DNA of 64,000 bases from Malacoraja senta. Lineage: Eukaryota. A model generated the notes under the pieces. That model was not told the origin of the DNA and did no database searches. It saw nothing but the letters and a program-made list of their open reading frames with translations. Numbering within the stretch: position 1 is the stretch's first letter; each line of letters starts with the position of its first letter. The position numbers and the translations under genes are program-made. Shown piece after piece: positions 33,628-46,399 of the stretch. Location: positions 13,888,001-13,952,000 of the forward strand of contig CM075988.1 of NCBI GenBank assembly GCA_038087875.1. Direction: 5' to 3'.

Positions 33628-34634
33628 CTAATCTATCCCACATAGAGTAATGCAATCTCGTGCACATGCACAAGTACAAGTACATGCACATGCACAAGTA
33701 CATGAGAAATCGACTGCCCATTAAATTATGGGTGTGCTTCATTAATACAGACAAGAAAGTAATGTCGACAGTTACTTTTATGTGAATGAACAGAGCTGAA
33801 ACGTAAGACTATGAAATGCCCTTGTGTATAACACTTTCCATAATAATTTTTTACTCTTCCCCTTCCTGTTGACACTGCCTCATGCAACTCCATGTAGTTT
33901 CAACAGAGCTGGGGGCAGACTACTCCACATTATTCTTGCTGAGATGTTGTCAGTTGAGATTTTCCAGGTTTCAGAGTGTCTGAGGGTCATTCTACAGCTG
34001 ACACCACCTGCTTCTACACAGGGATGTGCACAATGGCCGTTGGGATGAAAATAGAAAATATCGGAAATATTAACATCATTTGCTTGAAACATCAACTCTG
34101 CTCTTTCCATGGGTACTGCCCGACTAGCCGAGTGTTTCCAGAATTATCTATAATAATCTATAATCCAGCATTTTCCAGCACCTATAGTGTTTCAGTTTTG
34201 CATCAATATTAATTGGGATGCTTGGTAACACATAGAATTCTAATTGATAGAGCTATGGAAGAAGAGGCAAAACACTTTTATATGGGACATACTTCAATGG
34301 TTATTATCGCTATTATCCCTTTCCTTTGTCCTTCATCACAGCTTAGTTACCTGGGCTTGGTGTCAAACTTTTTTTTGTACTATTGCTATGAGGAATTAAG
34401 TTATTCTGCTTATTAAATGCATTACATTATCTATTAATGATCATATTACCTTTTGATTTTCTAGTAAAATGTCTTGAGAAATTTCTGTCAATGAACTGAG
34501 TCAATGTCTCTCTGTAGCTTTCAATGGATATTGGCTTAGAATGGAACTGTATATATATCGGAGTAAGGTAACGTTTACAAAACCCCAGACTAGTTGGCTG
34601 ATGCCAGATAGTATGGTTGTGCTGCAGTTAGTCA

Positions 34635-34940
34635 GATTCATACAGCACGGAAACAGGTCCTTCGGCCCAACTCATCCATGCCAAGGACCACCATCTACGC
34701 TAGTAGCATTTGCCCATGTTTAGCTCATATCCCTCTAAACCTTTCCTCTATGTACAGTATCTGTGCATGTTAGTGCAGCTTCCTCTGCTCCAGGTACTCT
34801 GCTTTCATGCTGATCTCTGGTACTGTTTGTGCAAAGCTTCCGTGTCCTCTTTTTTATGGAGGATACCCTGGGCACTTTCCTCTCATATCTCAAATATGTG
34901 CTGGTAGGTTAATTAGCTACTTTAAATTATCTTAGTGTGG
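34635..34940. mobile_element. CR1 tail (-) followed by a decayed V-SINE fragment (+)
   Basis: CATACAGCACGGAAACAGG..ATATCCCTCTAAACC, then GGGCACTTTCCTCTCATATCTCAAA..GGTAGGTTAATT. Confidence 0.65.
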
Positions 34941-35151
34941 GCTTATGGAAAGAAGAATCAAAGAGCAGTTGTTGGGCATCTGTGAGAAAGAATAGTTGCT
35001 GGGTTACTGGAAAATCAGGAGATGAGAAATGAGACTAATTGCTCTGCTGAGGGCTATTTTAGTTTTAGAGTTACAGCATGGAAGCAGGCCCTTTGGCCCA
35101 TCGAAATCCGTGCCGACCAGAGATCACCCAGTACACAAGTTCTATCCTACA

Positions 35152-35246
35152 GGGTAGACAAAAATGCTGGAGAAACTCAGCGGGTGTGGCACCATCTATG
35201 GAGCGAAGGAAATAGGCAACGTTTCGGGCCAAAACCCTTCTTCAGA
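35152..35246 (-). mobile_element. 95-bp Penelope-like terminal fragment with 10-bp TSD
   Basis: CTATCCTACA at 35142-35151 and 35247-35256; minus-strand CTGAAGAAGGG..CCCGAAACGTT core. Confidence 0.88.
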
Positions 35247-35427
35247 CTATCCTACACACTGGGGACAATTTTTACAGAAGCCAATTAACCTACAGACCTG
35301 CACATCTTTGGTTTGTGGGAGGAAGCCGGAGCACGTGGAGAAAACCCATGGAGAATGTGTAAACTCCATACAGACACCACCTGGATTGAACTGGTCAGGA
35401 TTGAACCTGGATCTCCGGTGCTGTAAG

Positions 35428-36468
35428 TAGCAATGTTACAAAATTTTGAGATTTAAAAAATAAAGTCTGCAATTTATCCCATCAGATAAAGCATAAAAAG
35501 AAGTTTAATTTGACACTTAATTCACTTTCATATCTTCAGTATTAAAAAAGTTATGGCCATTATCATACTCAGAAATTAGCATCTAGTTCCCTATTGCTTT
35601 TCCATTGACTTAACACAAAAGCTGTGATCGAGGACAGTTAAAAGCCCATAACTTTCTTAAAAATTATGGTAACTGAAAGAAATTTTCAGGTATTATAGAT
35701 TGAAGCATTCTGAAACAAATATGAAACAATCTTACTTCGAAGACGTGAAAGTAAAGCATATAATTAGTTAGTTACCTAATTGTAGCTAATTACAAAATTC
35801 AATTACTAGATCTAAACATCTATCAATTTCTTAAGAATAGATTAACATTTTTAAATAGCCTAAGTGTCCAAATAACATTCACACAATAATTCACAATATA
35901 ACATAATTTTTAAATCTAATTTTCATGAATTTACAGGCCAAATGGAAGGAATTGAATGTTTAATACCTGTAAATTAATGGGGATTTAATTCATCTTGCGA
36001 GTGAGAATTTCTGGAACGCGATCTTTTGGAACGTTCATTTGCGGTGAATTTAACCCCGTATTGGCATGAAAAATACTGCCGTTAATTCGGGGAATAAAAT
36101 CACCGTGTCGCATGACAAAATGTGAATTAAAGGCTTCTTAAGAAGCACTTTTATACATTTAAAGAAAGCACTTTCGTTTACCTGTCCATTGTGTGAAATC
36201 CGTCCCCGTTATTGGCGTTGACGCTTCAGGAGCTGCTTTTAAAATGACTGTAGCGCTGACATTGACGATTTAATTTTAAAAAAAAAATCACAAAACGCGG
36301 GTAGGAACGATTTTGTCAGCGAAGTTTTGTACTCCAACAAAATATTTCCAGGACAAGCGAGGAGAAACCGCGTTTTAACCCCGCCCCCCCCTTAAAGGCG
36401 CCAAAATCGCGCACACGGCCAGTGGCAGAATTACAGCGCGACTGAAGGTAAGTTTTGTAACATACCTA
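35428..36468. mobile_element. Non-autonomous DNA transposon (1041 bp, imperfect TIRs of about 19 bp)
   Basis: TAGCAATGTTACAAAATTT ... AAGTTTTGTAACATACCTA; CTGTAAG on both sides; no ORF. Confidence 0.9.
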
Positions 36469-37594
36469 CTGTAAGGCAGCAACTCTACATCTGCCCCACT
36501 GTGTTGCCTCATAGATCTATAGGCTACTATAGATCAAGTGATCCAAATGGCCTACTTCTGTGTCATTATAATTGTAACATTACAGGGCTAGAAGGCTTAA
36601 AATGTTAAGGCTCAAGAGTGACAGTCAAAGTGTGGGCAACTGGATACAGCACACAGACATGATTGTGAACCTTCAAAGCTAACAGAAAGGCATTTCTTCT
36701 GTGGCAGTCACTAGCATGACATCATACAATTAACACTTACTGCAACAAATGCTGATAATTATATTAACTTTTGAAATCATACTTTAGGAAAAAAGAGTTT
36801 CCTTTGCACTTGTCTGAACTGATGTGATTGCGACAGAATTTTTTGAAGTTGGAAGCATCCAGACTCTGTGGCATTGAAAAAAATGTTAGATTATCCATGA
36901 CATTTGTTATTTAAACAAACTGTCAGGCTGGAATATATTTAGCTTCATGAAGAAATACTCAAATTGTTTGATCGAGTAAATTGCTTGTATCCTTGAAGAA
37001 TAATATGCTATTTATGTCTTTTCTCATCTTATGATCTTGCTTGATTGGAGGTCTCCTGTCAAAAGAAAAGACGGTTTAAGCTGCAGCTAAATTACATGGT
37101 GTTCTAAAATAATAAAATGGGTCCTGAAGCAACCATGCCAGAGAAAGGCAATGTTAGCAGAGGTAATCGAAAACACAATCAAAGCGACAGACTTAATAGC
37201 GGCTTCTGATGGTGTGATGTGGGAGCAAAATGACGGCGAGCTTCACAGAATGGAATCAAAACAATTGGAAGCATATGGCGAGAACAAAGGAAGGAGGAAT
37301 AAGCCAGTGGAATTCATTATTACGGAAGGATCCAGGGAGCGACAGAGAGGAAGAAAGATAGGAATTGCAGAAGGACTGGTAGGTAAGAACAAATAACTAG
37401 AGTGCGCTCATTAGGTAATGAGAATCTAATGGATGTGAGGAAGGAAATGAGGACTTGGGACAATGCAGCTCAGTGGACTTGTGCATGATATTATTTATAG
37501 GGTTGGAATTGGGAGACTTGACGTGGAAACTATTCATTGGTGCTTCTGGTGATTACAAGGCATAAAAAGGTTTTCATTAGCATTCTAATTGATA

Positions 37595-38130
37595 CTTACA
37601 GCAGAGAAACAGGCCCCTTTGGTCCATGTTGACCATCAAACTCCAATCTCTTTAGTCAGAGGGTGGTGAATCTGTGGAATTCATTGCCACAGAGGGCTGT
37701 GGAGGACAAGTTAATCGGTATTTTTAAAACAGAGCTTGACAGATTTCTGATTAGTAAGAGCATCAAAGGTTATGGGGAGAAGGCAGGGGAATGAGTATGA
37801 GACAGATCAGCCATGAATGAACAGTGGTTAGACTCGATGGGCTGAATGGCCTAATTCTGCTCCTATGATTTTTATTCTAATGCTACACTAATCACATTTT
37901 ATTTTCCCCGCATTTCCATCAACTCCGACCAGATTCTACCAGTTGACTAAACACCAGGAGCAATATACAGAGGCTAATTAACCTCCTTGCCCTTTGAAAC
38001 GTGGGTTAAAACTGGTGCTCTCAGCAGAAACTCACAAAGAAGAACATGCAAACTCCGCACAGAAGGTGTCAGAATTTAGGACTGCTCCTGGGTCACTTTA
38101 GTATGAGGGAACAGCTCTACCAACTCAACT
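37595..38130 (-). mobile_element. Older V-SINE (-) with a CR1 3' fragment (+, about 37648-37868) inside
   Basis: SINE tail 37595-37645, CR1 GTGGTGAATCTGTGGAATTCATTGCCACAGAG, SINE body 37900-38130. Confidence 0.75.
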
Positions 38131-38354
38131 ACAGTAACATAAACAATTCTATAATTCTACAAATAAACCAAGTTAGTCTTAATATATAGGATGCAGGTAC
38201 AGGTTTAACATACAGGTTTAAAATTCAGACTTTGTTTTGCCTATTTTATGGGGGAATTGCCCAAAATGATCGCTGATTTCATTGAACAATGTTAGGTGTT
38301 ATAAGTATGCCTAAAACATATCTAGGCTAAGTTTTGGAGAGATTCATGGTCAAT

Positions 38355-38610
38355 CTTTGTGCCGGGCTTTGCCTCACCCCCACCCTCCCCTTTTCCAGGT
38401 TTCTCCCACCTACTCCATCAGTCTGCAGAATGATCCTGACCCAGTCTCCTATCTATTCATTTCACCGATGCTACCCAACCTGCTGAGCTACTCCAGCACG
38501 TTGTGTTTTGCGTAGGAAGAAACCGCAGATGCTGGTTTACGACAAAGATGCTGGAGTGACTCGGAGGAACAAGCAGCACTTCTGGAGAGAAAGAATGGCT
38601 AATGTTGAGG
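38355..38610. mobile_element. Penelope-like terminal fragments in opposite orientations
   Basis: CAGTCTGCAGAA..CTGAGCTACTCCAGCA then GTAGGAAG..GCAGATGCTGG..GCTGGAGTGACTC. Confidence 0.7.
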
Positions 38611-40154
38611 GTCCATGGCCCTCTTCAGTTTCCTGGCTAAAACACGTTCTTGGCCCCAACCAAAGGGAAATAAGGTTCCTAATGCGTGGTTGACGCCACC
38701 ATATGAAAATTGGTCCGTGAGAAACAGGGCATACCATCACCAAATGTCATTAACACGTTTAACAAAGAATTTTCCAAAAGTGTTGCCATGGAGCCAGGAT
38801 GAGCATGAATCAATTCATAGGTCTGTATTATTTCCACTTTTTGCCTTTCAACCCCACCTTAATTTCCATCCATCCACGCAATCTGTTCTAAGATGGAGGT
38901 CTGGGTTCAGGCATTGAAGCAAATGGCTTCTCTCAAGCAGATGCCCCCATTATATTCAGCTTAAACAATAAGATGGGGAAGGTGATGTGGAAGCCAAATA
39001 AAATGATTTATTCCATGACAATGTTAAGATGTAGGGAGATCTTGCCCACACAAGGACTGATGTGGGAAATTATAAGATCATAAGTGATAGGAGTAGAATT
39101 AAGCCATTCACCCTTATCAAGTCCACTCCGCCATTCAATGTGGCGAGACAACTACGTTTCCTTTCAATGAGTTCCTGGCATGGGCCAGTGTTAATTGTCA
39201 ATTCCTAGTTACCTGACCACAACTGGTGCATCATTGTGTGGTAGTGGTAGGAATGAGTCCAGTGTAAAACAGACCAAGTAGCAATGGCAGGTCTTTTCCC
39301 TGAAGGACAATAAGAGATGTTAGATTTATAAAAGTGTTTGGCAGCTATCCTGATCATATATTCTGATGCCAATTCAAAAATTACCTTGCTGATTTATTGA
39401 ATTTTGTGTCACAGTGGGATTTGAATTCATGGTCTTTGGTTGCTAGCACAATGTTTATTGACTGTTTTCAGCATATACAGTATGTATAAATTGGCCCAAT
39501 GGCCTTGGATGAGCATGTAGTTAACGCCACGAGGGAAAAGCTTAGAGTTTCAACACTGAATGCAGTTGGGGATAGGTAGCCCCATTTAGGGCAATGCTCT
39601 GGGCACATTTGGGCTGTTTGGTGAATGCAGCAAAACAAAGATGAGCCACAGAGACAATTGAAGGATATAAGCCCCGATCTATCAACCTACCTCATCGGGG
39701 ACCTAAGACTTTATCTCTGTGACAGTGATGCTGTAACACTATCTTCTGCAGGCTTGTTCTATTTGTGTATGATTTGATTGCCCGCGTGTATAGTATGACT
39801 GGATAACACGCAAACAAAGCTATTCACTGTATCACAGTACACGTGACACTAATAGAATAATATCAAACAATGTCACCACTGTAACTTGTGGAAGTTCTCA
39901 TATCAATCTGAAATTCCACCATTTTCTGGAAGATTGGTTTCGGATTAAAAGGTACATTTAATGCAGTGAGCGAGTCATCTCTAACTGGAACATCTTGTAT
40001 TAGCTGATGTAGTAATCTGTGTCCAAGGCTAAATGACATCCTGTTACAGGTTGCAGATTAGCTGAATTTAAGTACCTGAATTCCTTCCTTTAATGTACTG
40101 CTTGACTGGACTCTTCCCTTGACTGACTTAAGTTAAAATTGGTTTATTTTAATA

Positions 40155-40583
40155 TCATAGAATCATTGAGAATTTACAGCATAGGGCATTCAGTCCTTCA
40201 TGCCTGTGCTATTGAATGAAGAGCTATCCACCCACTTCTTGTATTTATTCCACAGCTTTGCTGGACAATACGCTTCAAGGACATATCCAAGAATTGTTTA
40301 GCTATGATGCTTCTACCATCCCTTCACATAGACTTTTCCAGACCATTTGAATGCACACCCTTTACCTGATCTCTCCTCGATTCCTTTGACCAATTACTTT
40401 AAATCTATGACTATTGGTTTTTGGCACTTCTGATAAAGGAAACAGGACATACCTATTTACTCTCCTAACTTTATATATGCTGATTAAGTCTCCCTTCAGT
40501 TTCCTCTGTTCTAAAGGAAATCACACCAATCCATTCGAGCATTCTCTATAGCTACACATTTCCAATCCTGGCAACTTCCTCAT
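40155..40583 (-). mobile_element. Old CR1 3' fragment
   Basis: TCATAGAATCAT tail; TTCCAATCCTGGCAAC pattern. Confidence 0.6.
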
Positions 40584-40584
40584 A

Positions 40585-40905
40585 GTGTGCCATGGTGGCG
40601 CAGCGGTTGAGCTACTGCCTTACAGCACTAGAGAACTGAGTTCGATTCTGACTATGGGTGTTTGTCTGTACGGAGTTTGTACGTTCTCCCCATGACTTGC
40701 ATGGGTTTTCTCCAAGATCTTCAGTTTCCACCCATACTCCAAAGACATGCAGGGTTGTAGGTTAATTGGCTTGGTATGAATGTAAATTTTTCCATAGTAT
40801 GTGTAGGATAGTGTTAATGTGCGGGATTGCTGGTCGGTGCGGACTAGGTGGCCTGAAGGACGTTTATCTGCGCTGTATCTCTAAACTAAACTGAACTATA
40901 AAAAC
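40585..40905 (+). mobile_element. HE1-like V-SINE
   Basis: Head, V-domain and tail. Confidence 0.9.
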
Positions 40906-41224
40906 TAAAATCTTCTTGGCATCTCTCCTGTTCAGTAATATCTCTCCAGATGACAAATATGTAACTATTAAAATAAATTTTTACATGAAATAAGTGCAAT
41001 GAGACACTGAATACTGCTTGATTGGCCTATGTCAGTTATTCTCAACATTTGGTCTCACAACCGTTAATTGAATCAAATGTGTGCTGGTGAGTATAACCAG
41101 TGATCAAGATCTGCACACTCATTTTGTGCTGGCAACCATGGATGTTTTTGTTCCTTACTTGTTTTTCATCTTTTAAGTGGTTAAATGTTAATACTTTCTG
41201 GAGAATAATGTATGGGCAATAACT

Positions 41225-41517
41225 ATGCAGTGGTAGAGCTGCTGCCTTCAGGTTCGATCCTGACTGCAGGTGCTGCTGGGCAGAGTTCGTACATTTTCCA
41301 AGTGATCACGTGGGTTTTCTCTGGGTGCTCTTGCTTCCTCACACATTACAAAGGCATGCTGGTTTGTTGGTTAATTGGTTTCTGTAAATTGCCACTAGTG
41401 AGTAGGATGTGAAAATTGAATAAAATAGAAATAGTGTATGGATGATCAATGGTCGGCGTGGACTCAGTGGGCCAAAGGGCCTGTTTCTACACTGTACCTC
41501 TAAGCTAACTAAACTAA
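41225..41517 (+). mobile_element. HE1-like V-SINE
   Basis: B-box GGTTCGATCC, tail GGGCCAAAGGGCCTGTTTC. Confidence 0.88.
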
Positions 41518-42594
41518 CAGTGATACCACATAGTAAAACAGATGCAGCTTTAATAATTTGTGACATGCTTTGCATTCCACGTTTTCTACAATTTCTCCAA
41601 TAACTTTACTGTACACCATAAAACTGCTGATCTTATTCTGCAGGTTTCCATTGCTTAGGTCTATATTGTTAGCAAGAGCACTGGAATTTAATGCAAGAAA
41701 GCACGGAGGAGATTAAGTGGAATTTTATAGTACAGATTTATTTAAGCATTTCAAATACCTTGTAAAGCTGGAACATTGACACTATATCAGGTAGTTAACA
41801 AACATGTTTGATGGACTGTGTTTATAAATTAAAATTTAAACCCAAGCACTGAAAAATGCAAAAGTGTGCAGGTCTTTTAAAAAAAAAAAAAATGTTTCCA
41901 TGGTGATGATTATGAACACGATTGGCCCAAAGCTTTTTTAATTTTGAGAGGAACTACATAAAGTGGCTATTGGGATTAGAGACCGGAATTGGAAAAGCTT
42001 TTAAAAACCAGGCAGCCTTTAGGGTACAAATATCCACCTCATTCTATTTTTAAAATAAAACACAGTAAATGAGATGCTGCACAAAGTAGCATCAATTAAA
42101 ATTATATAAAATAGCTTCAAAATAAACAATTTGTTCTTTGTTATTGGGTTGTGCTACTTTAACAGAATGAAGCACAATCTAAACTGAAAATATATATTTT
42201 TTTAAACAGTGGTTCCTGTAAAATAACAATGGGCTGCTGTGCAAATCAATTACTCTGAGTATTGCAGGGATATTTTCTTCCTATGTTACAATAGTGGTCA
42301 TAATGCACTGAGAAATATTCAGAGGGATGTGAAAGGTGCTACAGAAAAATACTTTCTTTTACCCAGTTTATTTGTTTATTTGAATAAATATCAAAAGAAG
42401 CTAAAAAATAATTCAGTGAAAATTGATCACTGTTTAAAACCACAATTCAACTGCAATGAGGTGGATATACACAGCTGTAGATCATTCTCACTAATCACAT
42501 ATGGGTTACCCTTGCAAACAATATTCAGAAGGAAGAGGGCTTATAAAAGCCATCATTGTTAAGAACAAACATGTTTTCATCATCTAATGAAGGC

Positions 42595-43296
42595 AGTCTG
42601 TAAAACCAATACACGCTTGAAATATATCGTTAGATTCAACAAAGAAAGACGATATGTGTGGCAGCTATCTGCAATGTAAATCCTAGAAAAACCTTCCATT
42701 CTCCAGCCAATAAGATGTCCACCATTAAATTGCACAGTTTTGCCAATGGTCAGATGATCATTGAAGGTACTCCACACCACAGTGTCTACAGTGAACAGTT
42801 CTCCTCTTGTAGTTTCTAAAATGTTGTTTAAGATTTTGACGTGGAATTCTATGGAGTGGGAAATTGAGTCTAGCAGGTATGCCAATATTTTTATTCCCCA
42901 CTTGACCCTTCCCATTATTTGTCAATTTATCCCATCAATATATTCTTCTCCCTGTCAAATACTTATATCTGTTTCACTTTTTGTTATAGTATACTATCAA
43001 TACCCTTGTACTTTCATATATTGGTATGCATAATTTTGTTGTATATTTACAATTTAATCAAAATTATTATATGAATGAAACTGATGACGTGTGTTACACT
43101 ATGTGTTACACCAGGAAAGTGATCAATAGCACATCAAGTGTGGTGGAATTTGTGAATTAGAAAAGTGTACATTAAGATTTGGGTATGGGAGTCACATCCT
43201 CGACTCGTCATCCCATTCATTAATCTGCTGATGTAACATTGTCTTTCTTTGTTGAATCTAACGATATATTTCAAGCGTGTATTGGTTTTACAGACT
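42595..43296. repeat. Perfect 56-bp inverted repeat with 590-bp spacer
   Basis: 42595-42650 is the exact reverse complement of 43241-43296. Confidence 0.95.
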
Positions 43297-44267
43297 TGTT
43301 CAATCCTTTTTGGTTTAACATTGAAACAGTCATGTAACTTTTACATTAATGGTTTAATAATAAGGCGGTTTAATCTGTGAACATAATGGATTAAACCTGC
43401 ACCATGATAGTATACAGTTTTGAATAATGGAGACTGCCTTTGTTCCAACTAATTTATTTCACAAAGACTTTGTTGGTACAATTCACTTCTTGTATCCCTG
43501 TCAGCACACCCGTGCTATACTTTTGAGTTTTAAAGCTATAATTTGAATACTATTGTGTAATTATAATGAATGAAGTTAGGATAATATGGCTGAGAAAGAA
43601 TGACAAGGGTGAATTTTAAGGCATGTCCATGTTATGGCTTTGTAATGTTATTTGTGGGGGGCTTCCTGCCTGCAAAGAGACTGATGTTTCTTGCATCACA
43701 ATAGTGATTCCAGTTCAAAAGTACTGCATTAGCTGTAAAACACTCTGGGATCCTTTCAAGGTGGTGAAAGGTGTTAAAACAATCTTTCTGCTGTGTTCTT
43801 CCTGCATATTGTAGCCTGGGATATTTACTTTGACTGCAATCAGTAATCCAAGTGTGAATTCCAATCAAATCAAGATGCATTTTATACTCCAGTTTCCACT
43901 CAAACTCGTATTGGTTGAATGTGTTGGGTTAATGTCACTGCTGTTTGGATTGTTGCATCATTGGATTGATCGATGGGTTTGTGTAAATGTACATTAAGTT
44001 AACGCAGTTGTGCATTCAGTTAAATGAACTTGGTGATCAGGCAATGAATTTGTTTAGTTTATTCCATGTATCTGCATCCCTCCATTATTGAAATGGTCTT
44101 GTGTTATTATATAAATTCATACTTCTCCCAAAATGTATGTGATCTGAGAATTTGATCTAGCACCAAAGGTTCTGAGCCAATATTTCTTACAGGAATTAAA
44201 ATTAAGTAAGTCCATTAAACTATGCTTCTCTCTGAATAGTGTACTCTACAGGGTAGTTCTTGGGAGT

Positions 44268-44485
44268 AGTAGAAACAAGAAACTGCAGATGCTGGTTTAC
44301 AAAAAAAGCACAAAGTGCTGGAGTAACTAAGAGGATCAGGCAGCATCTCTGGAGAACATGGATAGGTGACGTTCCGGGTCGGGACCCTTCTTCAACCTTA
44401 AGAAGGGTCCTGACCCAAAATGTCACTTATCCAATTTCTCCAGAGATGCAGACTGACCCACTGAGCTACTCTAGCACTTTATGTC
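44268..44485. mobile_element. Palindromic Penelope-like terminal repeat pair
   Basis: GGGTCGGGACCCTTCTT ... AAGAAGGGTCCTGACCC with inverted GCATCTCTGGAGAA arms. Confidence 0.82.
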
Positions 44486-45099
44486 AAGAGTGTTTTACTG
44501 TCCTATATCCCAGATAGAACAATGAAACTCTTACTTCTTCCACTATTCCACTAGTGAAATTCTTCCACTATTTGGGAGTTCCTAGTTTGAGAATGGCATC
44601 AGACTAGTGAGAAAGTGAAAAGAATGACGTAGGAAAACAATGAATAAAAAAAGAGTTAATAAATTATTTATTCCTGTATCCCTTTAATTCTGTTACTGTA
44701 ATCGCAGCTGTGTTATGTTTGATGTCTGTTCTATGAGAAAGATCACAGGGGATTAAAGTCATTGCAGCATTGGATTAATTCTGCGGAGAAGTAAAAAGCC
44801 AGAATGCCACAGACCTCTTGTCATTGAAAAAGGATCTCTTTACATTAGTGATGCAAGTCTTTTTTGTCTTTAAAAAAAAAAGCATTCTAGGATAAGGCTG
44901 AAGCTATGGTTACTCACTTCTGTTCATGTCTGAAAAGATAATTTGAAATTCAGCCCTGGGATAAATGCAGTACTTACTCATCAATGCACCTCAGAAATGG
45001 TTACAATTCAGACGATACTGGCAGATTCTGTCAGTTATTAGCAGAGAAGGTTATATGGTAGCAGTTTAGAAATCTCAAGTTTTTTTTTAACAGGAGACT

Positions 45100-45410
45100 T
45101 CAGTTTATTTTAGAGATACAGCGCGGAAACAGGTCCTTCGGACCCCCAGGTCCGCACCGATCAGCGATCCCCGCACATTAACACTATCCTACACCCACTA
45201 AGGACAATATTTTTTTACATTTCCCAAGCCATTTAACCTACAAACCTGAACATCTTTGGAGTGTGTGAGGAAACTGAAGATCTTGGAGAAAACGGGGAGA
45301 ACGTACAAATTCCGTACAGACAGCACCCATAGTCGGGATCGAACCCGGGTCTCTGGCGCTGCATTCGCTGTGAGGCAGCAACACTGCTGCTGCGCCACCG
45401 TGACCGCCCT
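45100..45410 (-). mobile_element. HE1-like V-SINE, subfamily with a short insertion in the head
   Basis: Extra GCATTCGCT in the tRNA-like region. Confidence 0.9.
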
Positions 45411-46399
45411 TGATTTGAGACTTGAGTTTCAAGAGCAAAAGCTTCTACATCTAATCAGCAACCTTGTATAGTTTGACCTTTAGACACAGACGTTGATGGC
45501 AAAAAATGGGAATTATTCTTATTTAATGCTGTGACGGTCTGAAGCAATTAGGAATGAATCTCTAAAGCTTAATATAAGAGCAAGATAAAATGGGTACTGA
45601 AAAGCTTAACTAAAAATGGAAAATGCTGTAAATTTTCAACAGGGTCAGGCAATATCTGTGGTGAGAAATAGTTTGTTTTGTGTCTGTGATATTAAAATAA
45701 AATTGTTCAGATGAAAGGTCAGAGAATCTGTACAATGCATTGTTTCTGATGCATAATACATACTTACTTTTTTATTACTGACTCAAGGTCCAGATAAAAG
45801 ACAAGACATTACATAGAATCAATTGCATACAAAGGTACAGTAAATTACTTACAAAAGCACAATAAATTACACAAAAAAGCACAATACATGGTTTAAGATC
45901 AAGAATAAAAGTTGTTTTGTCCTACAACAGGACAACTATACCAATGTCTCCACAGCTGGGATTGGTAGCATGTAGTGCTAAACCTTATTTTTGATAAGGC
46001 CAAGATGATTTCATTTTCAGAGTCATTAATCTGGCAAATAAATGTATACATAAGATTTTTTTTAATTTTTTTAAAAAATATTTTTATTAGAAGCAAACAT
46101 ATTATAAAGTATAGTAACATATTATAATAGAAAAAAAAACTTTTCATATACATCAATCATACATTATTAAAGTTGTCAATTGTCGATTAATTCTGCTTCT
46201 AGTGTTTTTTTTTATATAGATAGAAAAAGAGAGGTAAAAAGAAAAAAGCATTACAAATATCGAGAAAAAAAAAGGTGGAATGAGTTACTTATAATACGTT
46301 ATTGGAGATAAGTTCGTAGGTTATGAAATATAATTTTACATCTAATCCTGAGTTCAAGCTTCAGTTGGGTTTTTGTGCTGGGCCCATCTATCCCTTCAA

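Larger units (their letters stand above)
35057..36508 (-). mobile_element. HE1-like V-SINE carrying two nested insertions
   Basis: SINE pieces 35057-35151, 35247-35427 and 36469-36508 rejoin seamlessly. Confidence 0.9.

Noticed and set aside
42580-42915. ORFs or a terminal exon inside the inverted-repeat loop
   Set aside because: Translations on either strand match no family I recognise.
42595-43296. MITE interpretation of the 56-bp inverted repeat
   Set aside because: Flanks (AGGC / TGTT) show no TSD and the termini fit no superfamily I know; not fully excluded without a copy-number search.
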